From positions 1-55,048 of IMG/VR virus record IMGVR_UViG_2541047910_000003: 55,048 nt of DNA. One strand, given 5' to 3'. Positions 34,651-44,185 of this stretch are shown here, piece by piece. The position numbers and the translations under genes are program-made. Origin of the DNA: a virus (lineage: Duplodnaviria > Heunggongvirae > Uroviricota > Caudoviricetes). How positions within the stretch are numbered: position 1 is the stretch's first letter; every line of letters begins with the position of its first letter. The notes under the pieces are model-generated. The model did not search any database. It saw nothing but the letters and a program-made list of their open reading frames with translations, and was not told the DNA's origin.

Positions 34651-34893
34651 TTATGCTCCGGTAGTAAACAGGTCTAACGCTTCCTTCGATTTACGCACCG
34701 CTTCGATAGTGCGGGTCGTGATATCTGAATTAGCGCCGCCTGACTGGAAGTGAATTTTGAATAGCTCAAGCTTCAGCTCGTCAGTGCCAATGAACTGAAA
34801 TGCTTCCTCTGCGGCTGCGTTCTGGTTCATGACCAGCTTGTAAATCTCTAACTGGAATTTCTGTTCTTCAGTCATGGGAATAATCTCTGCCAT
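34651..34893 (-). CDS. hypothetical protein upstream of terS
   Basis: 80-aa ORF, tightly packed. Confidence 0.5.
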   Translation of the reverse strand: MAEIIPMTEEQKFQLEIYKLVMNQNAAAEEAFQFIGTDELKLELFKIHFQSGGANSDITTRTIEAVRKSKEALDLFTTGA

Positions 34894-35121
34894 TGTTGGC
34901 TCCGTTTATCCGTTAAAAGGGATATCAGTTAAGTTATCCCGTGTAGGGTATAAGCCATTGTCGAGACCATTCATTGAATGGCCTCTGCAATAACCGATGT
35001 CTTTCCATCAGTCCGCCACCACAAAGAATCTTTTTTGCCATAAGGCTGGAGATTCATCTTTCAGTGGCTGCCAGTGTTATTTCCCCCACTTACTGGCTTG
35101 GGTTGTTTCGCGGTGCTGCCG

Positions 35122-35664
35122 TTAATTGGTGAGTCCGGGGATTACGGTTTGCCCGTGCTGTTCAAGGCGTTCAATTCTAGCCAGCAGCTGTGGCTTCTTA
35201 ATTTTTCCCCAGCGATTTAGCAGGCGACCTGACATGCTGGCAACATCCTTCTCTTTCATGTACTCCAGCATTACGGCATTTCGCTCTTCTTCAAATTGAC
35301 GATTACCAACCTGAAGCATGGCGTACATCCAGTTGAATGCGTTGATGTAAGCAATTTTGATACGCATTGCTTCTTTTTTGGTGTAGGACATAACCAAAAG
35401 CATCAACCCATCCTTACGTAGCCGATAGAATTTTTGTGGCTTACCATTCTGTAACTCATTGTTTTTATAGCAAACCTCAAAATTGAGTTTTGTATCAAAC
35501 TCTTCAGGACAAGCAGCGATTGTTCTTTCTACATCACGCACAACGTTGTCATGTCGCTTACGAAATGCTTTCGCCACCATAAATGAATCGGTGACAGGGT
35601 CATTGTTGGTAATAAAAACCAGTTCTTTGAAATCAATGCCGTCAACGATAGTTGGATAATTCAT
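35122..35664 (-). CDS. rha: Rha-family phage regulatory protein
   Basis: The pattern VTDSFMVAKAFRKRHDNVVRDVERTI...FYRLRKDGLMLLVMSYTKKEAMRIKIAYINAFN is typical of Rha. Confidence 0.75.
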   Translation of the reverse strand: MNYPTIVDGIDFKELVFITNNDPVTDSFMVAKAFRKRHDNVVRDVERTIAACPEEFDTKLNFEVCYKNNELQNGKPQKFYRLRKDGLMLLVMSYTKKEAMRIKIAYINAFNWMYAMLQVGNRQFEEERNAVMLEYMKEKDVASMSGRLLNRWGKIKKPQLLARIERLEQHGQTVIPGLTN

Positions 35665-35877
35665 CGGTAATTACCTTTTAGTGATGAACCTTGTCACACA
35701 GGATTCCGGCCCACAGAAAGGCACCGATAACCAAACCGGCATCCTCAAGGGTCATCCTGAAAGGCTCTGTGTTCATAAGTCGCGCGTGTGAAGCGCATTT
35801 ACTGAGGACATAAAAAAGCCCCGCTTCTGCGAGGCATTTTCCTGAAAGTCACTTGTTAAATTTCAGTGAAGTTAAAA

Positions 35878-36336
35878 TTATTTTAAGCACTGAGTCCTGG
35901 TGTACTCCTGCAGGTAGTTAACCTGCGCGGTTATCCTGTCGATTCCACTTCGGAGACGGTAATAATTGAGTTCAGCATCTGCTGTAAGTCCTGGGCTTTC
36001 TCCATCGCCCATGCCGCTGGCTCCGGTCGTTGACTTTGCACAGGTGGCGGCGACTTGCAGGCGCTTACGACCAGCAGAAACATCAGCACGGAGACTTTCG
36101 ATAGTCGCGTTAGCATCAGCAAGCTCCTTTGTGTATCTTGCGTCGAGTTCTGCTACATCACGTTGACGCTTCCGCATGTCAGCGATGGTGGCGTTCGCCT
36201 TCTCCAGTTCACTGGCCTTGTTATCGCGCTGCTCTTTGTAGGCGATTGCGTTATCACGGTAATGATTAACAGCCCATGACAGGCAGACAATGATGCAGAT
36301 AACCAGAGCGGAGATAATCGCGGTTAACCGACTCAT
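35878..36336 (-). CDS. Rz: i-spanin Rz
   Basis: [34 protein letters not shown] closely parallels lambda Rz. Confidence 0.9.
   Translation of the reverse strand: MSRLTAIISALVICIIVCLSWAVNHYRDNAIAYKEQRDNKASELEKANATIADMRKRQRDVAELDARYTKELADANATIESLRADVSAGRKRLQVAATCAKSTTGASGMGDGESPGLTADAELNYYRLRSGIDRITAQVNYLQEYTRTQCLK
35931..36122 (-). CDS. Rz1: o-spanin Rz1 (lipoprotein, embedded in Rz)
   Basis: Lipobox LLVVSAC and a Pro-rich mature region. It lies in the +1 frame inside Rz. Confidence 0.8.
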   Translation of the reverse strand: MLMLTRLSKVSVLMFLLVVSACKSPPPVQSQRPEPAAWAMEKAQDLQQMLNSIITVSEVESTG

Positions 36337-36424
36337 GACATCAACACCCCAACGGCCAGAAACCACGGCCACGCATCGTTGCCATTCAATGCGAGCAACG
36401 CTGCCATGAAAAAGCAAATCATGC

Positions 36425-36928
36425 TCATTGCTGCCCCCACAAACAGACTTCACGCTCAATCTCACGGCGAGTCATCAGCCCTTTCCATTGCTTACCGCCA
36501 GCGTATGTCCAGCGACGTAGCTGGTCACATGCGCCATTGATATCGCCCTGGTTGATTTTGCGAAGAAGCGTCGATGTTCTGAAATTGCCTGCGCCCACGT
36601 TATAGACGAACGAATAAAGAGCGCCGCGCGTTGTTTCCGGTATATCGACTTTGATGTACGGGTTAATTTGTCTGGCGACCGTGGCAAGGTCTTTATTCAG
36701 GAGGGCTTTGCATTCTGCTTCGGTATACGTTTTACCGAGCATGATGTCTTTTCCGGTATGTCCGTGACATACAGTCCATACACCAACAATATCTTTGTAT
36801 GGTATGTAGCTGACACCTTCCAGACCATCGTTACCACTTGGCCCAGTGATTAACACAGATGCTATAGCAATAGCCCCACCACTTATCGCCGCTATTACGC
36901 TATTTCGTAGTGCCGGTGACATTGCCAT
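36425..36928 (-). CDS. SAR endolysin (T4-lysozyme family)
   Basis: The N-terminal weakly hydrophobic Gly/Ala segment [17 protein letters not shown] is followed by E-x8-D-x5-T ([16 protein letters not shown]). Confidence 0.85.
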   Translation of the reverse strand: MAMSPALRNSVIAAISGGAIAIASVLITGPSGNDGLEGVSYIPYKDIVGVWTVCHGHTGKDIMLGKTYTEAECKALLNKDLATVARQINPYIKVDIPETTRGALYSFVYNVGAGNFRTSTLLRKINQGDINGACDQLRRWTYAGGKQWKGLMTRREIEREVCLWGQQ

Positions 36929-37103
36929 TCAATCTGTCCTCGCGCTCTTTGCGCTTGTAGTACCAGTTGATGCCAAATGTGCCGACAGTACAAAGAATAC
37001 CAATGATGACAGCCCAGTCATTCAGGGAGAGAATGCCACCCATCGCAGTCAGTCCTCCGAAGCTGTAACTGAACCATTCTCTGATTTTGTCCATACGGTA
37101 CAT
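36900..37103 (-). CDS. holin with a dual-start motif (phage-21 pinholin-like arrangement)
   Basis: 67 aa. MYRMDK provides two Met starts. Two TM segments and a charged C-terminus. Overlaps the endolysin start. Confidence 0.75.
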   Translation of the reverse strand: MYRMDKIREWFSYSFGGLTAMGGILSLNDWAVIIGILCTVGTFGINWYYKRKEREDRLNGNVTGTTK

Positions 37104-37223
37104 GCTCTACCCCTTCATTGAGGGGATTTGCTCTATTTAATTAGGAATAAGGTCGATTACTGATAGAACAAATCCAGGCTACTGTGTTTAGTAAACAGAT
37201 TTGTTCGTGACCGATATGCACGG

Positions 37224-37260
37224 GCAAAACGGCAGGAGGTTGTTAGCGCGACCTCCTGCC
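37224..37260 (-). terminator. 10-bp-stem hairpin upstream of the lysis genes
   Basis: ggcaggaggt-N10-acctcctgcc followed on the minus strand by GTTTTGCCCG. I recall the same hairpin upstream of lambda S. Confidence 0.45.
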
Positions 37261-37347
37261 ACCCGCTTTCACGAAGGTCATGTGTAGAAGGCCGCAGCGT
37301 AACTATCAATGATGAATTCAGGATAGCCAGTGGCTACGGCTCAGTTA

Positions 37348-37423
37348 TGGTGCTGGTTAACGGACTTGAACCGCTACCCATTCGCTTACAAGGCGACTGC
37401 TCTACCATTGGAGCTAAACCAGC
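37348..37423 (-). tRNA. tRNA-Thr (anticodon UGU)
   Basis: Hand fold: GCTGGTT-TA-GCTC-CAATGGTA-GAGC-A-GTCGC-CTTGTAA-GCGAA-TGGGT-AGCGG-TTCAAGT-CCGTT-AACCAGC-A-CCA. Confidence 0.8.
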
Positions 37424-37428
37424 ATATT

Positions 37429-37503
37429 TGGCGGGACAGCGTGGACTCGAACCACGATAAGAAGGTTAACAGCCTTCCGTAATGACCTTTATACGACTGA
37501 CCC
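37429..37503 (-). tRNA. tRNA-Asn (anticodon GUU), one acceptor-stem mismatch
   Basis: Hand fold: GGGTCAG...GAAGG-CTGTTAA-CCTTC-TTAT-CGTGG-TTCGAGT-CCACG-CTGTCCC-G-CCA. There is a T:T mismatch at 4:69 and a weak D-stem. Confidence 0.6.
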
Positions 37504-37565
37504 AAATAAAAAATCCCGAAACCGTTGTGCAGGCTCTAACTATTACCTGCGAACTGTTTCGGGAT
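37504..37565 (-). terminator. tR'-like terminator of the short pR' leader RNA
   Basis: On the minus strand: atcccgaaac...gtttcgggat followed by TTTTTTATTT. As I recall, this is the same as lambda tR'. Confidence 0.85.
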
Positions 37566-37706
37566 TGCATTTTGCAGACCTCTCAGCCTGCGATGGTTGG
37601 AGTTCCAGACGATACGTCGAAGTGACCAACTAGGCGGAATCGGTAGTAAGCGCCGCCTCTTTTCATCTCACTACCACAACGAGCGAATTAACCCATCGTT
37701 GAGTCA

Positions 37707-37735
37707 AATTTACCCAACTTTATTCAATAAGTCAA
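37707..37735 (-). promoter_or_regulatory. late promoter pR' (with the qut region downstream)
   Basis: On the minus strand: TTGACT (37730-37735), 17 nt, TAAATT (37707-37712). This matches lambda pR' as I recall it. Confidence 0.8.
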
Positions 37736-37777
37736 TATCATGCCGTTAATATGTTGCCATCCGTGGCAATCATGCTG

Positions 37778-38401
37778 CTAACGTGTGACCGCATTCAATA
37801 TGTTGTCTGCGATTGACTCTTCTTTGTGGCATTGCACCACCAGAGCGTCATACAGCGGCTTAACAGTGCGTGACCAGGTGGGTTGAGTAAGGTTTGGGAT
37901 TAGCATCGTTACAGCGCGATATGCGGCGCTTGCTGGCATTCTTGAATAGCCGACACCTTTGCATCTTCCGCACTCTTTCTCAACAACTCTCCCCCACTGC
38001 TCTGTTTTGGCTATATCAACCGCACGGCCTGTACCGTGGCAATCTCTGCATCTTGCGCCCGGCGTCGCGGCACTACGGCAATAATCCGCATAAGCGAATG
38101 TTGCGAGCACTTGCAGTACCTTTGCCTTAGTATTTCCTTCAAGCTTTGCCACACCACGGTATTTCCCCGATACCTTGTGTGCAAATTGCATCAGATAGTT
38201 GATAGCCTTTTGTTTGTCGTTCTGGCTGAGTTCGTGCTTACCACAGAATGCAGCCATTCCGAATCCGGCTTGTGATTGCGCCATCCCCATAGCAGCCATC
38301 ACATCAGTACCGGAAAGAGAGTCAGAAGCCGTAGCCCGTGGTGAGTCGCTCATCATCGGGCTTTTTGGCGAGTGAAATTTAGCTACGCTTTCGAGTCTCA
38401 T
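37778..38401 (-). CDS. Q: late antiterminator Q (lambda-type)
   Basis: 207 aa. MRLESVAKFHSPKSPMMSDSPRATASDS... with zinc motif CRDCHGTGRAVD...CGRCKGVGYS. Essentially lambda Q as I recall it. Confidence 0.9.
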   Translation of the reverse strand: MRLESVAKFHSPKSPMMSDSPRATASDSLSGTDVMAAMGMAQSQAGFGMAAFCGKHELSQNDKQKAINYLMQFAHKVSGKYRGVAKLEGNTKAKVLQVLATFAYADYCRSAATPGARCRDCHGTGRAVDIAKTEQWGRVVEKECGRCKGVGYSRMPASAAYRAVTMLIPNLTQPTWSRTVKPLYDALVVQCHKEESIADNILNAVTR

Positions 38402-38586
38402 CGTCTTCCCTTTTTGCCTGGCGTGACCATCAGGACGCCGTTAACTATTACGTGACGCTCGCCTTTGCTGTCTCGGTTGTACTTGAGCACTGTTCCTCTT
38501 GCGCAGGAAAGCATCCTCGCCACTTCGGTCTGATTGCCTCGTGTCTGGATAAGAAGCTCTGGTATCGTTTGAATTGTGGCGTTCAT
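38398..38586 (-). CDS. ninH: NinH
   Basis: TIPELLIQTRGNQTEVARMLSCARGTVLKY parallels lambda NinH. Confidence 0.8.
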   Translation of the reverse strand: MNATIQTIPELLIQTRGNQTEVARMLSCARGTVLKYNRDSKGERHVIVNGVLMVTPGKKGRR

Positions 38587-38945
38587 ACGTTCTCCAGTTC
38601 GGTGATTTTTATTCCAAGCCTTCCGCCTGGTACTTTCACGCCACGAATTACGCGAATGTCATCGAATTGCTCGTCGTCTTCCGCAAATCCGGCGTGGATA
38701 AGGGAGTCGAGTAAACCCTTCAGGATGTTATCGAGGTCGCGGCGGCGGGAGTCTGGAACGTCTGCGATGACTTTGATGCGGAGTCGTGATTTGGTGAAAA
38801 TATCTAACTTGAGTTGGCGGATGATTTGCTGAACGTCTTTTCGGTATTTCTGGCCTTTATCGCTGATGTAGTATTGGCTTCCCCGTCTTCGCCAGTAGGT
38901 ATTCACCGACGGCGGGTATGGAAGCACAAACTGATATTCGTTCAT
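38583..38945 (-). CDS. rusA: RusA Holliday-junction resolvase
   Basis: 120 aa. LPYPPSVNTYWRRRG...RRRDLDNILKGLLDSL is typical of the RusA family. Confidence 0.85.
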   Translation of the reverse strand: MNEYQFVLPYPPSVNTYWRRRGSQYYISDKGQKYRKDVQQIIRQLKLDIFTKSRLRIKVIADVPDSRRRDLDNILKGLLDSLIHAGFAEDDEQFDDIRVIRGVKVPGGRLGIKITELENV

Positions 38946-39232
38946 GACTTAATCTTCCCCTCCTTCAGCAGTATCGCCTGCGTCCTGATCACGCCTTCGA
39001 GGTGGTAAAGTCTGGCGTCTTTGTTGTCGAGGTTATGGGTGCGTCGGTCGACTTCATCGTGACACGCGCTACAAGCCCATGCGCCGATCAGGTCGTCAGG
39101 TTTCATTCCCGTTCCGCAAATTCCAGCCATCCGGTAATGTGCCAGAACTGTAGTTTCAGGGTTGCCATTGCATACGCCGTAAATACGTACCTGGCATTCT
39201 CTGCCGCGCGCTTCTTTGCGTAGGTTAGCCAT
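38942..39232 (-). CDS. DUF1364 (YbcO-like) Cys-rich protein
   Basis: 96 aa. RECQVRIYGVCNGNPETTVLAHYR...CSACHDEVD. Same position and length as DLP12 ybcO. Confidence 0.7.
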   Translation of the reverse strand: MANLRKEARGRECQVRIYGVCNGNPETTVLAHYRMAGICGTGMKPDDLIGAWACSACHDEVDRRTHNLDNKDARLYHLEGVIRTQAILLKEGKIKS

Positions 39233-39437
39233 TTACCTTCCCTCGCAACTGAAGAATTGACTGAAGGTCTTTTTTAATAAATATGCGAGTGCGAATTGAG
39301 CAGTAGTTTTCCTTCATTCTGGCGTAGTAATAGTCCTTTCGTTGTTTAAGCTTGTTGGCATCCGCTGTCATCCAGTCTTTTACAGCAAACTTAATTAACC
39401 AGCGGTGGCAGAGATACCATTTCAGGTAATCACTCAT
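39225..39437 (-). CDS. hypothetical nin-region protein
   Basis: 70-aa ORF. Confidence 0.4.
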   Translation of the reverse strand: MSDYLKWYLCHRWLIKFAVKDWMTADANKLKQRKDYYYARMKENYCSIRTRIFIKKDLQSILQLRGKVNG

Positions 39438-39606
39438 CGTTTTCTTCCTCGTACATTGAGCTATTCGGATCGCTCATCAGTTCTGCGCAGCAGTGCTCAC
39501 ACACGTGAACTTCCAGCACATGCAGCTTCTGACCGCAGTTAGCGCACGTTAAAGCCCGCTCGACGCTTTCTTTCTGGTATTGAAGTGATTGGGATGGACT
39601 AAGCAT
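39430..39606 (-). CDS. ninF: NinF
   Basis: Hand translation gives 58 aa containing ESVERALTCANCGQKLHVLEVHVCEHCCAELMSDPNSSM, as in lambda NinF. Confidence 0.8.
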   Translation of the reverse strand: MLSPSQSLQYQKESVERALTCANCGQKLHVLEVHVCEHCCAELMSDPNSSMYEEENDE

Positions 39607-39967
39607 TATTGGCGTCCTGCATCATGAGAAATACAATCATGGCGGCGCGGAGTGTGTTGTTGTCTATGGTAATAAATTCACAAAATCTATCCGCCTCCCA
39701 CCAATATTCATTCTTCATTCCAGGATTATTTCTTTCGTATGCACATATGCTGATATGATGTTTTGCGATTACAGGCCATGAGGCGCTCGGATCATTGCAG
39801 TAGTCAGGTAAAGGGTTTAATGGCTCAAAAGTTGTATCAGCATTTCCGTAATACCATTTGTTGGTGTTATTCCCTGACGTTTCCGGTTTACATGCCCAAA
39901 GGCCTTTAAAAATTATGTCTCCTACCATTCTGTTAATTTCAAAATCACTTAACTGTGAATAATCCAT
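39599..39967 (-). CDS. NinX/DUF2591-like protein
   Basis: Start MDYSQLSDFEINR with GAGGAA 6 nt upstream. Sits in the nin region. Confidence 0.6.
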   Translation of the reverse strand: MDYSQLSDFEINRMVGDIIFKGLWACKPETSGNNTNKWYYGNADTTFEPLNPLPDYCNDPSASWPVIAKHHISICAYERNNPGMKNEYWWEADRFCEFITIDNNTLRAAMIVFLMMQDANNA

Positions 39968-39969
39968 TG

Positions 39970-40146
39970 TCATTTCCTCGCACGATGTCTTAGCCACCGG
40001 ATATCCCACAGGTGAGCCGTGTAGTTGAAGGTTTTTACGTCAGATTCTTTTGGGATTTGCTTGCGTTTATTTCTGGAGCGTTTCGTTGGAAGGTATTTGC
40101 AGTTTTCGCAGATGATGTCGGTGATACTTCGTCGCTGTCGTCTCAT
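39970..40146 (-). CDS. ninE: NinE
   Basis: [52 protein letters not shown] parallels lambda NinE. Confidence 0.85.
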   Translation of the reverse strand: MRRQRRSITDIICENCKYLPTKRSRNKRKQIPKESDVKTFNYTAHLWDIRWLRHRARK

Positions 40147-40583
40147 GCCGCCCTGTCTCCCCATCGCGCTTTCCATTCCAGAGCCAGTCTCGCTTCGTCT
40201 GACCACTTAACTCCACGCTCTGTACCGAATGCCTGTATAAGCTCTAATAGCTCCGCAAATTCGCTTACACGCATCCTGCTGGTTGACTGGCCTATTACCA
40301 CAAAGCCATTCCCGGCAAGGTTAGGAACAACATCCTGCTGCTTTAATGCTGCGGTAAACACACACTTCCAGCTTTCTGCATCCAGCCAGCGACCATGCCA
40401 TTCAACCTGACGAGAGACGTCACCTAAGCAGGCCCATAGCTTCCTGTTTTGGTCTAAGCTGCGGTTGCGTTCCTGAATGGTTACTACGATTGGTTTGGTT
40501 GGGTCTGGAAGGATTTGCTGTACTGCGTGAATAGCGTTTTGCTGATGTGCTGGAGACCGAATTTCAAAGGTTAGTTTTTTCAT
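40143..40583 (-). CDS. ninB: NinB (Orf) recombination mediator
   Basis: [50 protein letters not shown] parallels lambda NinB. Confidence 0.9.
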   Translation of the reverse strand: MKKLTFEIRSPAHQQNAIHAVQQILPDPTKPIVVTIQERNRSLDQNRKLWACLGDVSRQVEWHGRWLDAESWKCVFTAALKQQDVVPNLAGNGFVVIGQSTSRMRVSEFAELLELIQAFGTERGVKWSDEARLALEWKARWGDRAA

Positions 40584-40631
40584 GACTTCCCTCTCCCCCA
40601 AATAAAAAGGCCTGCGATTACCAGCAGGCCT

Positions 40632-41243
40632 TTATCTGTTTTTAACACGCTTTCGAGTCCTTTTAGATTTTTCCTTAAGATATTCCGCAAGTTTATCCTC
40701 ATCATTATTAAATTGAGATAAAAGCTCATGCTCGCAATTAAGTGCTTTACTCGCATAAGTTCCATATAGTTTCTTTCTTGCTAGTGCTGCTATGAATGCT
40801 GCATCTTCTTTGCTATCGAAATACCCTAACGATATTGTCTTATTTTTATAACCAACATAAGACTTCCACCTGCCAGTTGGCTTATACCAAGACACTCCAA
40901 TTGCACCGGATGTGTTTAATCTATTCCCTACAATGTTTCTTGCATTCTGCTCTTCTGTTGCCAGTCTTAGGTTTGAAATCCTATTGTCAAGTCTGTTCCC
41001 ATTTACATGATCAATAAACTTAGGAGGCCATTTTTTGTATACATAGAACCAAGCAAGTCTATGCGCCTTATACAAAACATTGTTTATACTAATGCATATA
41101 TAACCACCACTAACACCTCCAGCAATACTACCTTTTACTCTTACTACTGAATTTGTTTTTAGCCATTTAAATATTCCTGTTTCTGAGTCATATGATAATG
41201 TTGACAGAAGCTCATCGTGATCAATTAGTTTTTTTATTCGCAT
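40632..41243 (-). CDS. HNH endonuclease with a C-terminal AP2 DNA-binding domain
   Basis: AHRLAWFYVYKKWPPKFIDHVNGNRLDNRISNLRLATEEQNARN is the HNH motif. GVSWYKPTGRWKSYVGYKNKTISLGYFDSKEDAAFIAALARKKLYG is the AP2 domain. AT-rich. Confidence 0.8.
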   Translation of the reverse strand: MRIKKLIDHDELLSTLSYDSETGIFKWLKTNSVVRVKGSIAGGVSGGYICISINNVLYKAHRLAWFYVYKKWPPKFIDHVNGNRLDNRISNLRLATEEQNARNIVGNRLNTSGAIGVSWYKPTGRWKSYVGYKNKTISLGYFDSKEDAAFIAALARKKLYGTYASKALNCEHELLSQFNNDEDKLAEYLKEKSKRTRKRVKNR

Positions 41244-41324
41244 AAAGAATATACTTAATAATATATACAGTAAGAACCATTAGTAACGATAACCCTGCTA
41301 TTAACTCAGTGATGTAGATGGTCA

Positions 41325-42761
41325 TCAGAATCCTCCTTTCTTCTTGGACTGCGGTTCCTCGCGTTCACGGCGGCGCATTTCAGCAGACTGTTGGTCTGTG
41401 TCATAAATAGCGCCATTTGCCTGAATGCAATACACAGTGCCGGTATTGCCATGACGATTGAGACGAAGGATTAGTTCAGTTTCACCAGGTGGAACACTGT
41501 CATCAAAAGCGCCTTCACGATGGATCCCGACCCAATAATCGCAATCCTGTTCAATCTGCCCTGTATCTCGTGAGTCACTTGGTAATGGGCGTTTATTGGT
41601 TCTGCTTTCCAGTGCGCGGTTAAGCTGCGTCAGAAGCACAACAACGCAATCAAGCTCTTTGGCAAGGTTCTTCAGTCCTTTGGTGATCATGCCGTAAGCA
41701 AGATCGTTGCGATCGGCCTTCTCAGCAGTCATTAGTGTCAGGTAATCGACCAGAATCATGCCAACACATCCTTTTTCTCGCTTGATTCGACGGCTTTCGC
41801 TGACGATTTGAGCCAGAGATAATCCCGGCGTGTCGTCGATGTAAAGCAGGTCGATTTCACTCAAGCGATTGGCTGTTTCGATCGCCCTGTTGAAGTCACC
41901 ATCGTAATCACCCTGATAGCCGTCATCAGCGTCATTTGTCGCCGGAAGGTAAAAAATATTCGGGTTAACACCTGACTTCTGTCCCACCAGTTTTTCCAGT
42001 ATCTGGTCACCTGGCATTTCAAGGCTGAACATCAGAGCGGGCTTTTTCTCATGCACTGCGCAGTTGATTGCCATCTGGCTGTATAGCGTCGTTTTCCCCA
42101 TCTTAGGGCGAGCGCCAATGACAAACAGAGAGCCTTTCACCAGACCTTTCGGTGACAGCATCCTGTCCAGCGATGGGATCCCTGTGCTCATTCCTCGTTG
42201 TTCACCTGACGGGTCAAATCGCTTCTCAAGGTCGCTAACCCAGTCTTCCATGACCTCACCAAATGAGCGAAGGCCGCGACGCGATCCGGTTTTTGCATGG
42301 TCTGTCAGTTGCGTGAAAATAGCCTGAATAGCTTCGTACTTCTGCGTTGCAGTCATTCCGTTGCGGGAATAGAGCAATTCCATCGCTTCAGTCATGCGGT
42401 TGATGGCGTAGCGTTCCATTGCGGTTTCACGAACCTGCATTGCATAGGCAACGATGTTTGCTGCGCTTGGCGTGTTCTTTGCGATCTCAGCGATATAAGC
42501 AAAACCGCCAACAGACACCGTTAACGATTTGCGCTCCAGTTCATCGAAAAGCGTCAGGCCATCTACTGGCTTTTGCTCCCGGTGCATTCTGGTTATTTCT
42601 TCGAAAAGGATTTTGTGTGGTCGGCTGTAAAATGAATCGGGCTTCAGCATCGCCAGAACTTTCTGGACGCGCTCACTGCTGTCATCATCCAGAAGCAATC
42701 CACCAATCACCGCCTGCTCTGCCTCGATGCTATGGGGCGGCGCATAAAAATTATCGGTCAT
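41325..42761 (-). CDS. DnaB-type replicative helicase (P22 gp12 equivalent)
   Basis: PHSIEAEQAVIGGLLL is a DnaB N-terminal motif. Walker A is GARPKMGKTT. The likely start is ATG 42761, following GAGGGTG. Confidence 0.9.
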   Translation of the reverse strand: MTDNFYAPPHSIEAEQAVIGGLLLDDDSSERVQKVLAMLKPDSFYSRPHKILFEEITRMHREQKPVDGLTLFDELERKSLTVSVGGFAYIAEIAKNTPSAANIVAYAMQVRETAMERYAINRMTEAMELLYSRNGMTATQKYEAIQAIFTQLTDHAKTGSRRGLRSFGEVMEDWVSDLEKRFDPSGEQRGMSTGIPSLDRMLSPKGLVKGSLFVIGARPKMGKTTLYSQMAINCAVHEKKPALMFSLEMPGDQILEKLVGQKSGVNPNIFYLPATNDADDGYQGDYDGDFNRAIETANRLSEIDLLYIDDTPGLSLAQIVSESRRIKREKGCVGMILVDYLTLMTAEKADRNDLAYGMITKGLKNLAKELDCVVVLLTQLNRALESRTNKRPLPSDSRDTGQIEQDCDYWVGIHREGAFDDSVPPGETELILRLNRHGNTGTVYCIQANGAIYDTDQQSAEMRRREREEPQSKKKGGF

Positions 42762-43650
42762 CGTGTTCACCCTCACGAACTTTCAGGTAGGTATTATCGT
42801 TAAGCAGAAAATCAAATCCCTTTTTGTGCCAGACAGTTCCGCGTTGATGGTTTGGACGCTCTTCGAACATCCATCGACAATTTTCGCCTACGTAGCTCAA
42901 ATAATTTCTCCAGTCCTGCATCGTGAACCCATGCCCGTCAAGCTGGCGGGTTATCACTCCGGCTTTGCGCCAGAACGTTCGGATCTGGTTTTTACGCTTG
43001 TCATTCAGTGCGCGGATTCTTGGCGCTTCAGGAAGGATTTCGTGGTAAGCATCGACAACATCCTGACAGCTGACGGAAGGTTTTTTCTTGTCAGACTTTT
43101 TGTCTGCTGTGGCACTCTCTAATACGTCAGTATTAGAGATAATATTATTATATTCTTTATCTGTGGTAATTTGCTGGTAATCTGCTGGTACAGCATTGCT
43201 TACAGGCATTGGTATTGCTGGCTTTGAGGTGGTAATTTGCTGGTAATCTGCTGGTACAAAATTTGACTGATAATCGTCATATTTCTCTACCGAGAAAACT
43301 GAGAATTTACCGTGTGAAACCCAGTCAATCATGCCGAGTTTTTTGAACTTTCTAAGCAGGTACTGAACGCGATCTGGTTTGAGTCCTGTTTCAAACGCCA
43401 GAGAGTTTCTACCGCCAAGTAGCTTCCCTCTGCCTACCAGAATTTCTCCTGCGTCAGTCATTACATACTCAGGCGTATGCTTTGCTTTGAGGATTAAGTG
43501 AACCCACAGATGCGCAGCTTCTGCGTCCTTGTAAAACGGCACATCCATAATTTTACGGTGCAGCAAGGCATACCCCTTACCGCTGCTTTGATGCGGTTGT
43601 TGTAGCCTTCTGGCCTCTCTGGCTTCGGCTAGATTAGATATGTTACTCAT
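42751..43650 (-). CDS. replication initiator (lambda O/P22 gp18 analogue) containing the origin
   Basis: 299 aa with an N-terminal wHTH-like region. The duplicated peptide [10 protein letters not shown] is encoded by DNA iterons. Confidence 0.8.
   Translation of the reverse strand: MSNISNLAEAREARRLQQPHQSSGKGYALLHRKIMDVPFYKDAEAAHLWVHLILKAKHTPEYVMTDAGEILVGRGKLLGGRNSLAFETGLKPDRVQYLLRKFKKLGMIDWVSHGKFSVFSVEKYDDYQSNFVPADYQQITTSKPAIPMPVSNAVPADYQQITTDKEYNNIISNTDVLESATADKKSDKKKPSVSCQDVVDAYHEILPEAPRIRALNDKRKNQIRTFWRKAGVITRQLDGHGFTMQDWRNYLSYVGENCRWMFEERPNHQRGTVWHKKGFDFLLNDNTYLKVREGEHDDR
43163..43258. repeat. prophage ori iterons inside the initiator gene
   Basis: gtggtaatttgctggtaatctgctggtaca is exact at 43163-43192 and 43229-43258. 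Each copy holds tandem TGCTGGTA sub-repeats. An AT-rich tract lies at 43141-43160. Confidence 0.8.
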
Positions 43651-43789
43651 GACCTTTCTCCTTCTGCATCAGCTTCACCTTTTCCAACTCAGCCCGGAAT
43701 CGACCAGGCTGCTTGAAGCTGGACAGGAAGCGATCACGTAGTATGTGTTTGTGAATTTTGTCCTGGTAAGGACTGAGTTGTTTTGTCAT
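43643..43789 (-). CDS. small protein between cII and the initiator gene
   Basis: Hand translation gives 48 aa ([48 protein letters not shown]). Its stop overlaps the initiator ATG. Confidence 0.4.
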   Translation of the reverse strand: MTKQLSPYQDKIHKHILRDRFLSSFKQPGRFRAELEKVKLMQKEKGHE

Positions 43790-43821
43790 AATGACTCCTG
43801 TGGATTGATCCAGTAATTCCC

Positions 43822-44118
43822 TCAGAATTGCATATCAATTTGCTTAAAATCCTCGGTGGCGCCCGGGGATTTTTTCTTTGTGATTTCATCAAGCGCATAC
43901 TTAAAAGCCCTGCTAATCGCACTGATGTCTGATGCCATTCCGAAAGCACACAAGACCGAAGCAATAAATCTCCAGTCCGTTCTGCTTATCTTCGATTCAT
44001 GACAGCCAATCATCTTTGCCAGACCGCGCTGGGTAAGCGTTGACAGGTTGATGAGTAAATCAGTTTCAGCGCGATCAATTTCTCGCTGTGTTGGCTTGCT
44101 GTAGCTTGCTTGTGCCAT
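43822..44118 (-). CDS. cII: CII-type lysogeny activator (P22 c1 equivalent)
   Basis: 98 aa with [21 protein letters not shown]. The C-terminal end [18 protein letters not shown] parallels lambda CII NKKRPAATERSEQIQMEF. Confidence 0.8.
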   Translation of the reverse strand: MAQASYSKPTQREIDRAETDLLINLSTLTQRGLAKMIGCHESKISRTDWRFIASVLCAFGMASDISAISRAFKYALDEITKKKSPGATEDFKQIDMQF

Positions 44119-44185
44119 TTGTTAATTTTCCTATATTGATATTGAGTTATAGCGGCACACCCAATGGATTTGCCGCTGATGTTTG

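Noticed and set aside
41221-41325. 34-codon single-TM mini-ORF overlapping the helicase stop and the HNH start
   Set aside because: It is too short and unsupported to call as a gene. It is mentioned only under the HNH-AP2 finding.
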